DNA of 63,804 bases, counting the filler, from Chiloscyllium plagiosum (lineage: Eukaryota), in NCBI RefSeq assembly GCF_004010195.1. It is 5 parts of one record of this genome, joined end to end, with 100 filler letters (N's around TTAATTAATTAA, not from the genome) between each part and the next. Parts side by side here need not be neighbours in the genome. Positions count along the whole stretch, not along the records: positions 1 to 26,777 come from NC_057714.1; positions 26,878 to 38,570 come from NC_057714.1; positions 38,671 to 50,641 come from NC_057714.1; 2 more parts are not named here. One strand, written 5' to 3'. Made by a program: the position numbers and the translations under genes. Numbering within the stretch: the stretch's first letter is position 1; each line of letters starts with the position of its first letter. Under the pieces are notes generated by a model. The model was not told the origin of the DNA. It saw nothing but the letters and a program-made list of their open reading frames with translations, and did no database searches. Shown piece after piece: positions 25,565 to 38,822 of the stretch.

Positions 25565-26119
25565 CTAAAGTAAAATTAGAAGACATAATCTTTTGCAATT
25601 AAAATGCAAATCATTTTTAAGAGCAGAAATAAGCAAATTTGTTTTTATATATATGAATAATTCAATTTAGTAAGCTGTTCACACTTATTCTAATCACTTA
25701 AAATATGCAGTAATATACTTGGGGCTGAATTTTACCAGTCCCAGACTGGCAAGCTTGGAGGTTTGGAATCAGAGAGGCTGGGAAAATAATGGGGAGCAAC
25801 ACTGAGACAATTCTCCAAAACATTCCCATCACCAGAAAATTTTTCCAGAAGCAGGCAGGGAAGCTGATTGGCTGCTTGCAAATTATAATTATAATACTAC
25901 ATGATTAAGGTCCCATTTAGGTTAAATTTTATGGCTTACAGTAAAGTGAAAATCTGCCATTTGTGGAGACAAAAAGAATTATTTTTATACAGTTAAGTAA
26001 TTTGTAATCCGTATCTATACAGGACATTTTACTAAAATAAGCATTTGGTCTGAATAGGGTGATTTCAAGGGGACAGTGCACTAACATATAAATGATAGGC
26101 CTTTACTCATAAGTAGTTT

Positions 26120-26777
26120 GATTTCCTGATCCTTTTGGCTCGGAATATGGGTAGTTCCTGAGGACCGGAGGAAGAGATTCTGCTCGAGTGCTGTCGGTTC
26201 GACGCAGCGGACGTGTGCTGGCGGGGGAGAAACCACGGGGATTGTGCTGCGAGTCGTCGGAGCTGCTGGAGACCATCGCTGGATCGTGATTGGACGTTGG
26301 AGGATCGTTTGGTTGTGCTGACCTGATCTTGGTGGATCTTAATGCTGGCTTTGGCCTAACGCCAATTCAGGTACCAGCCAACCTCTGAGCTATGGCCTCA
26401 GCAGCCGCTCGCAGCCCTGGCCAGGGCATTCGCAACACAGTCAGGGTGACTGTGAAGAAGGTGGAGGAGCACACACCGGTCGATCGGACGGTGTTCGTGA
26501 AGAAGGTTTTGCTGGAGTGCTGCGGGTTCGAAGCAGCGGACGTGTACTGCCTGCAGGATTTCCCTGCGGCAGGTTATTTCGATGTGACCTTCAGGAGTGT
26601 GAAGAATTGCGAGCAGCTCCTGAAGGTCTTCAAGGAGAAGGAAGGGGAGCCTCTGTTCTCCATCTTGTCGGCGGTCCCGTTGTGTGTGCTTCCTGCGCAG
26701 AGGAGTCGGGTTGTAACAATCCAGATGTAAAACCCTCACGTCCCAGCAGCAGATGTCCTGACCTTCTTGAGAAGATA
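26120..26777 (+). mobile_element. Tx1/L1-clade LINE 5' end: CpG-rich 5' UTR and ZCCHC3-like ORF1 (26392 onward) with a premature stop at 26728-26730
   Basis: GIRNTVRV...CCGFEAADVYCLQDFP..GYFDVTF...RVVTIQM*NPHVPAADVLTFL resembles Tx1-type ORF1; the frame continues past the TAA into the gap. Confidence 0.75.
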
Positions 26778-26877
26778 NNNNNNNNNNNNNNNNNNNNNNN
26801 NNNNNNNNNNNNNNNNNNNNNTTAATTAATTAANNNNNNNNNNNNNNNNNNNNNNNNNNNNNNNNNNNNNNNNNNNN
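26778..26877. other. Assembly gap with artificial TTAATTAATTAA linker (same at 38571-38670, 50642-50741, 59977-60076)
   Basis: Identical 44N + TTAATTAATTAA + 44N structure at four places. Confidence 0.97.
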
Positions 26878-28974
26878 GGAGTGGACTCGATGGGCCGAAT
26901 GGCCTTACTTCCACTCCTATATCTTATGGTCTTATGGTCTTAATGTCCATGGTGGGGTTGGCATTTGGTGCTGGGGGTGTGTGTTAAGGGGACTTCAATT
27001 GAGTGGCTATCCATGTTAAACTAGCTTTTAAGAGTGGACTCGATGGGCCGAATGGCCTTACTTCCACTCCTATATCTTATGGTCTTATGGTCTTAATGTC
27101 CATGGTGGGGTTGGCATTTGGTGCTGGGGGTGTGTGTTAAGGGGACTTCAATTGAGTGGCTATCCATGTTAAACTAGCTTTTAATCTGACTAAGTGTTCC
27201 TGGGTAACCACCTAATTAGGTACTTAGTTTGGAGTCAGGGATACTTGTGGGGATTCCGATGGAACTGGAGAATTCCTCCATCTGAAGTTCAAACCTCCCA
27301 ACCAATTCCTACATTGATCAGTCACCATATGGTCCTGATACACATCTTTGGATGAGCATCCAGTCTCAAACGGTCCAGAGACCAGAGGATATGGATCACT
27401 TACTATTTCACAGGCAGGATGTTCCTGCTGATGTAGGACTGAATGTTGACCAAGGAATGAGTCAATGTAGAGCAGTAGAATGGTTAGGAACATTGGGAGA
27501 GACACAGAGCCGACTGTTGTCACTGCCTATCTGGAAGTGGATCTTCTGGTTTTAGGTGAAGAGGGTAGATGAGATTTTATTTGGGGAGTTGGTGGGGTTG
27601 GGGAAGAAGTGAGGGAAGAAAAGCCATTGCAAATGATTCTCAGGCTACAACTGAATAGTTGCTGCTGGACCTGCTGGGTTTCCCTAGCCCTTTCTGTTCT
27701 GCTTCTGTAATAATTTTCAAAAGGAATTTGGGTAGATGCTGGAAAAGGAAAATTAATAAAGTTGTGAGGAAAGAGCAGTGGTGTCGAACTAATTTGATAA
27801 CTCCTTTCCTGATAAGAGGGACCAATTGTCCAAATTCTGTGCTGTAAAATGCTGCCTGATCTCCATTCAGAAACCTGAAATAATCTTAGGGATGTACTAA
27901 GATTACCGTAAGGTTTAGAGAAATGATATATTATTCTAACCTAGTATAATGTTCTCCAAAGAAAATAACACCTCTGGACATAAGAGAAAACCATTTCATC
28001 CCCAACCAATAATACCACTTGCACAGAAGAATGTTTCTCTGAGTTTCCTGTTATATCTCTGATTTTAAAATGTGTATAAAGACTGGGCCATTTCATTATA
28101 CAGAAGGGTTTGAATTATTGTATTTTCTTCAAGATACAGTTAACATAACAGAAGCAGATCTTGAACATGGTTTGAAAGGAAGTTAGTTGCTTTGCATTAA
28201 AATGACATTTCTTAAACCTGAAACCTGCTTTTGATTGTTTTAGAAATGCAAAATCTGAATCCTAATTTCATTTTTCATTTTGTTTGAAAGATCAAAAAGT
28301 TGGAAATAAATTTTATAGTCCAGATTCAACTCTATCAAAGAAACGAACTCCAGTTTGTACAAGAATGAAGATATAAACATTATAAAACATCAGAGAGAAA
28401 TTGGAATCTGCTGCACCTATTCTTTCTGCTCAAGACACTAATTTGCAGTGCAGTGTGCCACCTTCATGAAACAGCAAGTGAAGAATATTTAATGCCACCT
28501 TGGCTCAGGATATATTTAGGCATTCCTGGCAGCCATCTAAAACAGGTGTCAAGCCCCTTGCACACACTGGAAGGCCGAACGTCCATTTTATGATCCCATT
28601 CTGAAATGTGACAGAATTGTGTCAAATACAAGCTCAACAATCCCACCTTAGAGTTTCTATTTCTCCTATATCTAACCTGTATCTTTAAATATAGTTTGCT
28701 GCAAGTAACAAAGCAAATGGTTAGTTTCTTGTCTGGACTTACCTCATTGTGGAACCAGGAGAAGTGGTAGTAATTTCTCCTATTCCACAGCAGCCTCAAA
28801 GCCATATGCATCCCTCATCACCTTCCTGCACCAAGGCAAGGGTCACCATCACATTTCCAGAAAGCTTTTGACATAATCATGTCGAGGGTTATAATGCAAA
28901 ATAAGAGCTCATGGTCGAGGTGGTAACATATTAAGTGGATAGGAGATTAGTTGGGTAACAGGGACCAGAGAGTA

Positions 28975-29310
28975 GGTGATGTCCTAGTGGTATTATCATT
29001 AAACTGTTAATCTTAGGTTATGTTCTGGAAACCTGAGTTTGAATCCTGTCATGGCAGATTTTAATTCATTTTAGATCTGGAATTAGGAGACTAATGATAA
29101 GTCTAGAAACTGTTGGAAATTGTCAAGGGAAAGCCTAAACGGTTCATTCATGTCCTCTGGGGAAAGAAATCTGCCATCCTTACCTGGTCCAGACCACATG
29201 TGACTCCAGATCCACAGCATTGTGTTGATTCTTAATGCCTCTCTGAGCAATTAGGGACCAGTTAAATGTTGGTCCAGCTGGTGATGCCCAGATCAGTGGG
29301 AATGAATTTA
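28975..29310 (+). mobile_element. tRNA-derived shark SINE / LINE 5' region (tagtggtattatca...gaaatctgccatccttacctggtc family)
   Basis: Same family as 4495-4590 (+) and 55020-55335 (-). Confidence 0.65.
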
Positions 29311-29719
29311 AAAATGCGTAAAGGGGTCATTAATATTTTGGCAAGATGCAGCAAATGGAGTACCACAGGGTTCACTGGGGCCTCAATTATTTAACCTGTA
29401 TCTCAATGACCTGGATGAGACTATATATGTTGCAGCTAAATTTCTTGACAAACAAAATTAGGCTGGAGGGACTTACTGAGCAGAAGCTACTGAGCTCACC
29501 TGGAGCTTTTTGAAGGTTGGATGGGGGAGCTTAATGAGGCAGGAGGCATAAATTCTGATACCCAATTGTGAGTTAATGTTTTGGAATTAAGTTCTCAGAA
29601 CTTTTCAAGCAGGATGGCCTTTCCGACCTTGATGGTCAGGAAGCTCTTTGACATCCATTCACATGCCATGAATACTTATTAACACCCTATCCCGCTGAAG
29701 TTTTGTTCAGTGGTACAAT

Positions 29720-30175
29720 CATAGAGTCTGACAGCATGGAGACAGGCCCTTTGGCCTAAACTGGTCCATGCCGACCAAAAAGTCCATCCTCGCTAACCCC
29801 ATTTCCCTGCACTTGGCCCATGTCCTTCTAAACCTTTCCTATCCATGTATTTATCCAAATGCCTTTGAAATGTTATTAATGTACCTGCCTCAACCACTTC
29901 CATTGGCAGCTCATGCCATATGTGTATCACCTTCTGTAAAAAGGCTGACCCTCAGGTTCCCTTTTATTCTTTCCTCTCTAGCCTTAAACTGATGCCCTCT
30001 AGTCCTCGATTGACTGAGTGCATTCACCATTGAGATTTGGCAATATCCTGGCAAGTTTCTTCTGCACACTTTCCAGTTTCATAATATCCTTCCTTCAGCA
30101 AGGTGACCAAACTGAACACGATACTCCAAGTGTGGCCTCATCAGTGACCTGTATAACTGTGACATAACTTCCCAT
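29720..30175 (-). mobile_element. CR1 3' fragment
   Basis: Antisense CR1 3' UTR (catagag...acagcatggagacaggccc) and RT C-terminus. Confidence 0.75.
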
Positions 30176-30989
30176 GAGGGACCAATGGGAATAAGATGTT
30201 CACAAATGTATTGCCTCATCATACAAACTCCAGTCAGCCCAGACTTCTTCACAAGCTTGGATCCTTCATAACCAAGCTTTTACTTTGTGCACATATTTAC
30301 AGTGTATGGACTGAGGCCTCACCAGATCAACGAGCCTGCCAGATTGAGGCAGCCACAGTCAGTTCCCCCTGGGGCCAGCAAGTGAGTCTGAACTCAGAAA
30401 AGGGCTCAACTCAAAAGGAGGGGATCAACTTAAAAAGTTGAGGAAAATATGAGTCAAGTAGAAAGGAATGTTAGGGAATGGAAGCAAAAAGTTGTTTGGT
30501 GCACTGGGAGGATCTTGGGGAATGAAGATAGCTCTCGGATGCAGAGAGGAGAGTCACAGCAATAGGAACAAGGGGGATAATGGAGAGTAGGAACTGCATA
30601 TTTAAAGTGGAAAACACATTGGGGTAATTGAGTGTGCTGTGGAAGGAAAATGAGCAGATCAATTGAAGCGGGCAGTGTAAAGTTAAGGCTAAGAATGCAG
30701 ATCTGGATGGATGTGGATTTGGGAGTAGCAGAAGGATCATGGGAAGTAGTGAAAGGGGCGATAATTATAGGTGGAGGTTAAAAAAGCTCAGAGTGGATGT
30801 GAAAGGAAAGAAAGCAATTTATAGTTACTGGGAGAAAAGTGTGGTAAAGATGGGGAGGGGGAGAAGGGATCATTTATAATTACTGGGAGGAAAGTGTGGT
30901 AAAGACAGGAAGGGCGAGAAGGGATATAAATAAATTGGAAGCAGCTCAGAGATGTTTCATATGATCGGGATTACCTTCTGAAGGTTGGA

Positions 30990-31360
30990 GTGGAATGAGA
31001 GGTGATTTTATTGAAACATACAAGATCGTTGACAGGGTGAGCACTGAAAGAAGGATTCCTCTTGGGGGAGGGACTAGAACACAGTTTCAAAATGAGTTAT
31101 TGCACCTTTAAGATGAAAATTAGGCGGTTTTTTCTCTCTCTCAAATATTTGAGAGTCTCAAAAACAGTCTGCCGCAGAGTGCAATGGAGGCTGAGTTATT
31201 GAATATTTTTAATTCAGGGATAGATAGATTATTTACAAACAATGGAGTCAATGGTTATCAGAGGTTGGCAAGAATGTGGAGGTGAGGCCACAAACAGATA
31301 AGCCATGATCTTATTAAATGGGATAACAGGCTCGAGGGGCTGAATAGATGATTCCTGCTC
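30990..31360 (+). mobile_element. Old CR1 3' fragment
   Basis: gaatgagaggtgattttattgaaacatacaagat...aggctcgaggggctgaat motifs. Confidence 0.7.
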
Positions 31361-31771
31361 CTAATTTATAAATGAGCAACTTTGCAATGAGCCCAAACTG
31401 CACTGCAGAAACCCAGTGAGCTTGGTCAAGAGATCTTATTGGTTTTCGGAGCTTGCCAGAATTTAGATGTGGCCCTGTTTGGAATGGGGTCCATTTTGTG
31501 GCACCAGCTGTGAGTGCACTGACAGTTATGAACGCGCGATTAGGCCACAACTTATTGTCCCTACATCTTCACCTGGTGAACAGAATGAGTCATTCTTTAT
31601 TGCATTTATGTCAACATCTTGCTGTCTCATCTTTGTTCTTAATAAAGTTGACTAAAACAGAGTTCAAAACAATATTCACAAGAGTCTGGATCAGCGCTGA
31701 AGCTACTGTCTATTCAAGAGCATCATTGAAGTTTGAAATAACTCTTAGAATACAAATGAACAAAATCTCCT

Positions 31772-31993
31772 TGTGGTGATTGTCAGCCAGGGGTGATCAT
31801 GAGTCATGAGTTCCCTGATTGGCGTTGTTAATCTGGTCCAGTTAAGGAGCCCTGGCTGACATATAAACAGGAGTGTCAGAGGTTCTGTTCACTCTGAGAG
31901 CTGTCTCTGAAGGAGCTGGATCAATGTCAAGGACTCTCCATATATAAATAAAGGGTGTCTTGGTGATGGGACACCAGCATCTGTGGAGTTAAT
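31772..31993 (+). mobile_element. Solo LTR (same family as 51585-51800)
   Basis: TGT start, atgagttccctgatt core, TATAAA, AATAAA; second copy in the window. Confidence 0.65.
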
Positions 31994-32312
31994 CCATTCC
32001 TAAATTAACATTGATTAAATTAATTGATGTACTAGGTTGGTATTGACTTTTAATCACCATTTATGCAGGACCAATGAATTTTAGTTTTAAAATCTTTTAA
32101 ATTTCTGTCTGTTCTATGTTTTAACACGATTATCATAGTCACAGTTTTTAATTTTTTCTTGTAGTTTGTTATTTACTTTTTAAAAAGCCTTTTAATGCAC
32201 GTTACAATGTATGACTGGTTTTGACAACATTATTTCTCTGTTGGACTGAAAACATGGCGCCATCAAAAATCACAGTTTTCATGCTTCTTGTCTTCTGGAA
32301 AATGGACAATTA

Positions 32313-33000
32313 GAGTCATAGCGTCATAGAGATGTACAGCACGGAAACAGACCTTTCGGTCCAACCCGTCCATGCCGGCAAGATATCCCAACCCAATCTA
32401 GTCCTGCCTGCCAGCACCCGGCCCATATCCCTCCAAACCCTTCCTATTCATATACCCATCCAAATGCCTTTTAAATGTTACAATTGATTGTTAAAAATGA
32501 GCAGGTTAGTTGGCTACTCAGATCAAGATGAGTTCAATGAGGTACCTGCCTAATACAGACAGAAACATTATAAAATTTGAAAAGGTAGGGCAGAAAACAG
32601 ACTAATAGTATCTTGACGCCATGTTTACAAGAATACCATAGACCATTATACATCCGAGCAGAAGTAGACCATTCAGCCCATCCGAAACATTGACTTCTCC
32701 ACCTCCTGATGCTGCCTGGCTTGCTGTGTTCTTCCAGCCACCTGCCTGCGTGCCTTGGATTCCAGCATCTGCAGTGTTTTTTCTCTCTATTCAATGAGAT
32801 CATGGCTCATTTGAAAATCCTCAACTCAACTTTCCCACATTTTCCTCACGGCCTTGGATTCCCTTATTGGTTAAAACTGTCTCTTTCAACTTTGAATATA
32901 CTTAATGACACAACCTCTTCAGCCCCTTGCAGGAAAGAATTCCACAGATTCACTCCCCTTGGAGAGACGAAATTCCTCCACGTCTCTGTCTTATATGATC
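32313..33000 (-). mobile_element. Cluster: young CR1 3' end (32313-32485), older CR1 3' end and PLE-derived fragment (about 32682-32780)
   Basis: Reverse complement of the 1790-1950 CR1 tail; ccgaaacattgac...ccagcatctgcag PLE-type tail. Confidence 0.7.
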
Positions 33001-33894
33001 ATCATGGGGCCTAGAAGGGCAGGAAAGTTGCTATTACTCTATCGCGAGCTCCCCGCTCATTCCCTCTCCTCCATGCAAAACTATTCCCATATCCAGTCCC
33101 CCACCTCCGACACTTACTTTGGAGCCTTCCAACCTTATCCATTCTGTATCCTCAGGAAGTGGAAGTGGAAGGTGGAATGAGGATTACGATATTTTTCCAA
33201 TGTGGGAATTTAACTCAGTGGAGGATGTTACCACCCGAAGCCTGCTGTTAAAGTACAACCCTACCCTTTTTAAATGTTTTCCACACTGCTCTCACCAAGT
33301 GTGCTATATTGATAAGATGCTGAAGCATCAGCCCTTCAGAAAAATCTGCCAGCCAGCAAAAAATGCACCAGTTTTATGAGAGCATTTTAGTGCCTGATGT
33401 CATCATAATCCCTGGACCAGGTTAAAGGATTTAAATTCTGGGTTATTCATTATTCAGCATCACCCCATGGCATGCTGTTTTGTTTATAATTGCCAATGAA
33501 TAACCAGATTTCTGATCTCTCCCAAATTGCTGTGTGGAACCTGATGTTTGTTAAATGCTACTGTTGTCAAAGTCTAAATTCAACCCTTTGGATTGTTCGC
33601 AGATTTTTCAAAATTCTTTTCTCTCTGGAACAATTTGTTTCGGCTCGTGTTGCAATGCATCATAAGAATTATCAATATTGCTCAAATGAGTGGCGTTATT
33701 ACAGTATTACTAAATACCAAACTTCGTAAGTAGAAGTAAATGAAAACACTCAGTCTGCATTTGGCCACGTCTTTGGCCTTCCATTCTTTCTAATGTATTC
33801 TTTCTGCCCCTTTTTTTTGTTCTTTGGAGTGTCATTTTAGTTCTTATTCATTCTGTTCCCTTGCAATGTATTTCAAATTTAAACAAAGGAAATG

Positions 33895-35231
33895 TGAGCA
33901 AAACTAGGTGGCTCAGCCCATTGAGCTTGCTCTGCAATTCCCTTGATATCTTTATTATATAGAACAATTTCTACCTTGACTGTACTCAATCATTGAGTCT
34001 CCACAGCCTTCAGACGTAAATGAGTGAATGATTCCCCACGTTCGGAGTGAAGAAATACCTCCTAATTCCAGTGTTAAATGGCTTATCCTTATTTGGACAA
34101 CTCGTCCCCTGGTTCTGGAACCCCCTCCTCAGCCAGTGGAAATGTTCATCTTGCATCTTTCCATCGACCCTTGCAAGATTATTTTAACTTTCAATAAGAT
34201 CGCTTCCCATTCTTCTAAACGTCAGTGAATACAGGTCCCGAATCCTCAATCTCTCCTCATAGGAAAAACCCCTCATCCCAGAGATCAGCCTTTCTTCCAT
34301 CCTCCCAATGGCAAGGATATCCTTGCTTGGGTAAGGAAAGCAAAACTGTACATAATACTCCAAGCGTAGACATACCAAGGTTTCTTCCCTTCTGCACACA
34401 TATGCTCCTGTCATGAGGGCCAACATACCATGTGCATTCCTAATTGCTTGCTTTACTTGCTTGTTAGTTTTCAGTGATTCATGAACAAAGACCTCCATGT
34501 CCCCTTGGGCATCAACACTTCTCAATCTCCCAATCTCTCTTGAGAAATACTCTGTATTTTTGTTATTGTTTGTAATCAAATACAGTAAATAACACACGTT
34601 GTCACATTATATTCAGTCAGCCATTCGAAATCCCCTTGAAGCTTTGTTTGCATCCTTCTCCCAATTTACATTCCCACCTGGAGTTGTGTCACCAGCAAAC
34701 TCGGAATTATTACACATGGTGCCCACATTTAAATAATTGGTATCAATTCTGAGTGCTGAAACATCCAACTACTGATCCTGGCAATACAACACGAGAACTG
34801 CCTGCCAACGCAAGACTACAATTATGATCCCTGTGGAACACCGCTGGTCACAGGCCATTAGTCTGAAAAGCAACCTTCTTCCATCTCTTTCTGTCTCCTG
34901 CTGTTAAGCCAATTTTGTATCCTGTTAGCAAGATCACCCCGAATCTTATATGATCTAACTTTACTAATTAGGGTACCATGCAGAACCTTGTCAAAGGCTT
35001 TACTAAAGTCCAATTAAATAATGTCTGCTGCTCTACCCTCATCAATCTTCTTGGTTACTCCCTCACAAAACTCTATCGAATTTGTGAGACACAATTTCCC
35101 TCGCACAAAACCATGTTGACTATCCCTAATCATTCTTCGCCTATCGAAATGTATATCAATCCTATCTTTCAGAATCACCTCCAACAACTTACCCACCACT
35201 GAAGTCAGGTTCAAAGGTCTATAGTTCTGCA
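33895..35231 (-). mobile_element. CR1 ORF2 fragments (RT domain)
   Basis: NYRPLNLTSVVGKLLE..SQHGFVRGKLCLTNSIEF and LEYYVQFCFPY motifs. Confidence 0.85.
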
Positions 35232-36325
35232 TGGTAGACTATTTAGTAACTATGGAATTCAGGGAGAGCTTGCCAAATGGATACAAAATTGCCTTAATGG
35301 CAGGAGCCAGAGTGATGGTGGAGCTTTGTTTTTTGGTCTGGAGGCCTGTGACCAGCAGTGTTCCACTTTAGTTTGTCATTTATGTAAATGATTTAGATGA
35401 AAATATAGAAGGCATGGTTAGTAGGTTTGAAGATAACACCAAAATTGGTGATATAATGGACAGTGCAGAAGGTCATCTAAGATTCCAAAGAGATCGTGAT
35501 CATTTGGCTCAATGGGCTGAAGAGTGGCAGATAGGGTTTAATTTGGATAAATGTGAGGTATTGCATTTTAGTAAAACAAACAAGGGCAGGACTGATACAA
35601 TTAAATGTAGGACCCTGGGTAGTGTTGTAGAACAGAGGGACCTGGGGTTCAGGTACATAATTCATTGAAGTTTCCACCACATATAGAAAGGTTGGTTAAG
35701 AAGGTGTTTCGCGCTCTTGCATTCATTGTTTAGGCATTTGAGTAGAGAAATTGGGACATTATGCTATGGTTGCACAAGACGCTGGTGAGGCCTCTTCTAG
35801 AGTACTGTGTCCAGTTCTGGTCATCCTGTTACAGGAAGGAGATTATTAAGGTGGAGAGGGTTCAGAAGAGATTTACCAGGATGTTGCCAGGTATGGAGGG
35901 TTTGAGTTATAAGGAGAGGCTGGATTGGCTGGGACTTTTTTCACTGGAGCGTAGGAGTTTCAGGGGTGATCTTACAGGGGTTTGTAAAATAATGAAGGTG
36001 ATAAGGTGAATGGCAGGCATTTTTTTTCCCTGGGGTGGAGAATTTCAAGACTAGGGGGCATATATTTAAGGTGAGAGGAGAAAGATTTTAAAAAGGCAGG
36101 AGGACAATTTATTTTTACACAGATAATGGTTCAAGGTGGAATGAAGTTCCAGAGAAAATGGTGGATACAAGTAACGGTTACATTTAAAAGACATTTGGAT
36201 AAGTACATGAAGAAATGTTTGGAGGGATATGAGCAGACAGGTGGGACTAGTTTAGTTTGGGAACATGGTCAGCATGGACTAGTTGGAATGAAGGGTGTGT
36301 TTCTGTGTTGTATGACTCTATAACT
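35232..36325 (+). mobile_element. CR1 RT and 3' end
   Basis: SRFEDNTKIG (degenerate FADDTK), KTLVRPLLEYCVQFWS, 3' tail tatgactcta. Confidence 0.88.
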
Positions 36326-37494
36326 ACATGTATCGTTCCACTCTGTATTTTCCATCTGTTAACAGTTTACAATTCAGGTCAGTCTGTTACTGCCAATCTC
36401 ATATCCTCCAATTCTGTTCAATAACCTCTTGTGGAGATGGGGTATCACTGGCTTGGTCAACATTTATTGCCCATCCCTAATTACCCTTCAGAAGATGGCG
36501 GCGGGCCTCCTTTTTGAGGCTCAGAGTAGATAAAGTGCTATCAGGCTGGGAGACCCAGGATTGTGACCTGATCGCTTCATCACAGAAAACGCCAACAAGT
36601 TCGTCAAATGCGATTTCCCTTTCATAAATCCATTTTAACTGTCTAAACCTTCTGTTATTTCCTCAGGATCCGGTTATCACATCTCAGCATTTCAGCATGT
36701 TTCCCACCGTTGACATCAGGCCAACAGAATTGTAGTCTCTCGTTTTCCTTCCGACTCCTTTCCTAAATAGTGGGGTGAGGTTTGTTCCCTGCCAATCTGC
36801 CAACTCCGGCGGTGTGCCTTCCTCTTTCCCCCGTAAGAAAAAGATCCCATGCAGTGAGCCTACACAAGGTAGGCAACGTACCATCCTACAGAACCATCTG
36901 CCTGTTCCTCTGCCACTACTGCTATTCCACTGACCTTCCTCGCCTCCCCCAAGCAGCTGAACTTCCCATGGTGACATGGACTTGGCTCCAGCTGAGAAAC
37001 CACCACCCTGGGCAGTATCTGAAATGGTGAAAGAGTGAGAGAGGTTTGGGGGTATCTGTGTACTGCCTGGCTGCTCCTCCTTAACTGAGGTTCTCTGACC
37101 TTTCTCCTGGAAGCTTGACAGGTGGGGGCACGGGGACGATACTCATGGGACTAAAGAGTAAATCTCAAAATCCAAGGTTGTTGTAAAGTTAACATGGATT
37201 TCATAGGGAGACATGGACTGAGCTAACAATTTTTGTTTAACTAACACTGACCTTGTTCTGCCTCTGGTGTAGCGCTGGTCATGGCAGAATTCAAATGAAA
37301 ATGTGGATTGGATGTGGGTTTTCTTCCAGCCTGTGTACTCCACTGCTCCCTGCCTGCTTCATGGGCAGGTTTGTGCAAGGGGATGGTGAATGGTGCAGTC
37401 TCACTCAATCACTGACCCCATCCTTCATGACTTGTCCAAATCCTCAGTCACCGACCCAACCACTGGTACACCACTCACCCACCCACCTGCCCAA

Positions 37495-37750
37495 GGGTAT
37501 CCCACCCATAACCCTACCCTATTACTCTACATTTGCCCCTGGTTACTGCACCTTACCTACACATCCCTGAATGCTATGGGCAATTTAGCATGGCCAAATC
37601 ATCTAACCTACACATTTTTGGATTGTGGGAGGAAACCCACACAGATACAGGGAGAATGTACAAACTCAACACAGACAGTGACACAAGGCTGGAATCGAAC
37701 CTGCGTCCCTGGTACTGTAAGGCTGCAGTGCTAACCATTGGGCCATGGTG
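37495..37750 (-). mobile_element. HE1/V-SINE-like SINE
   Basis: Reverse complement of the 10499 family (ggcaatttagcatggccaa...gcagtgctaacca). Confidence 0.8.
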
Positions 37751-38670
37751 CCCTCATGGGCAGTTCACTGTGATTTCCTTATTCACCAAGCTGAAAACCT
37801 GCCAGGCTGCCAAGGCTGGACACCTCAGGCTGAGTTAAATCACTGACATTTTTGAATTGAATTGAATGATTTATTGCCACATACATTTTACAGCGAGAAA
37901 AAAACAATAAAGTGCAGTGAAAAGCTTTTCCAGTATCACCATGTTCCAGCATAATTTTGAAAAATTTAAAAATAAGGAAAAAATAATAGAAAGACAGAGA
38001 TAAACATGATAAACCCTCACAATGTGCAATCCAAGTCATTTGCAACATCGAACATTACCCACAGTCTATCCAGCTTGGGTTATGGAACCTGGAGTTAAAA
38101 GCATCATGGGAAGTGTTCATGACGTCCCACATTTCACAGTATGTTCATTTCACCAGGCCATACAGTCCCCCTGCACCTGATCAATACTTTCCTTTACCGC
38201 GTGCTGATTATAAATGGAAGAGGATTGTAAACTGAAAAGCAGAAAGCTGAATTACTCATCAGTTACTTGCCAATGAGCTCCTTTCCCTTTGCCATTCCTG
38301 AAATCTACAACCACCACACTCCCCCAACCCCACCAACTCCCCACCCTCACCACCACGCCATCCCACCACCACCCCCATGCCAGTGTTCTGAATCTGTTGG
38401 CTGCTCCCGCAGCTCTCCAAATTATAGTGTTGCTACTCACGTATCACTTAATCTTTCCATGTTTTTCTAACTTTTCACCAGTGGAAAGAGCATAACCTGA
38501 CTGCAATTTACTCACTTACATACTCCCTCACTGCTCTATCCCCCAGACCCTCACTGCTCCATCCCTCACCNNNNNNNNNNNNNNNNNNNNNNNNNNNNNN
38601 NNNNNNNNNNNNNNTTAATTAATTAANNNNNNNNNNNNNNNNNNNNNNNNNNNNNNNNNNNNNNNNNNNN

Positions 38671-38822
38671 TCCCCCAAGTCCCTCCTCCCTACCTTTTAT
38701 CTTAGCCTGCTGGACACACTTTCCTCATTCCTGAAGAAGGGCTCATGCCCGAAACATCGATTCTCCTGTTCCTTGGATGCTGCCTGACCTGCTGAGCTTT
38801 TCCAGCAACACATTTTTAGCTA
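38671..38822 (+). mobile_element. PLE 3' end with hammerhead core at 38731, truncated by the gap
   Basis: cattcctgaagaagggctcatgcccgaaacatcgattctcc; same family as 50247-50641. Confidence 0.8.

Noticed and set aside
26822..26833. TTAATTAATTAA palindrome recurring four times inside N runs
   Set aside because: Artificial scaffolding linker with stop codons in all frames, centred in identical 100-bp gaps; not biological.
26879..27184. Perfect 153-bp tandem duplication
   Set aside because: Identical copies directly abutting a gap; most likely a contig-end overlap artefact.
28464..28830. 115-aa minus-strand ORF with a GAG|gtaagt donor at 28742 and a nearby acceptor at about 28699
   Set aside because: The implied intron is only about 43 nt, stops occur in all frames from the upstream acceptor, and no protein similarity is recognisable.
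34820..36325. Head-to-head CR1 RT fragments resembling a twin-priming 5' inversion
   Set aside because: The two pieces overlap by more than 150 bp of homologous sequence that is clearly diverged, which fits two independent insertions.
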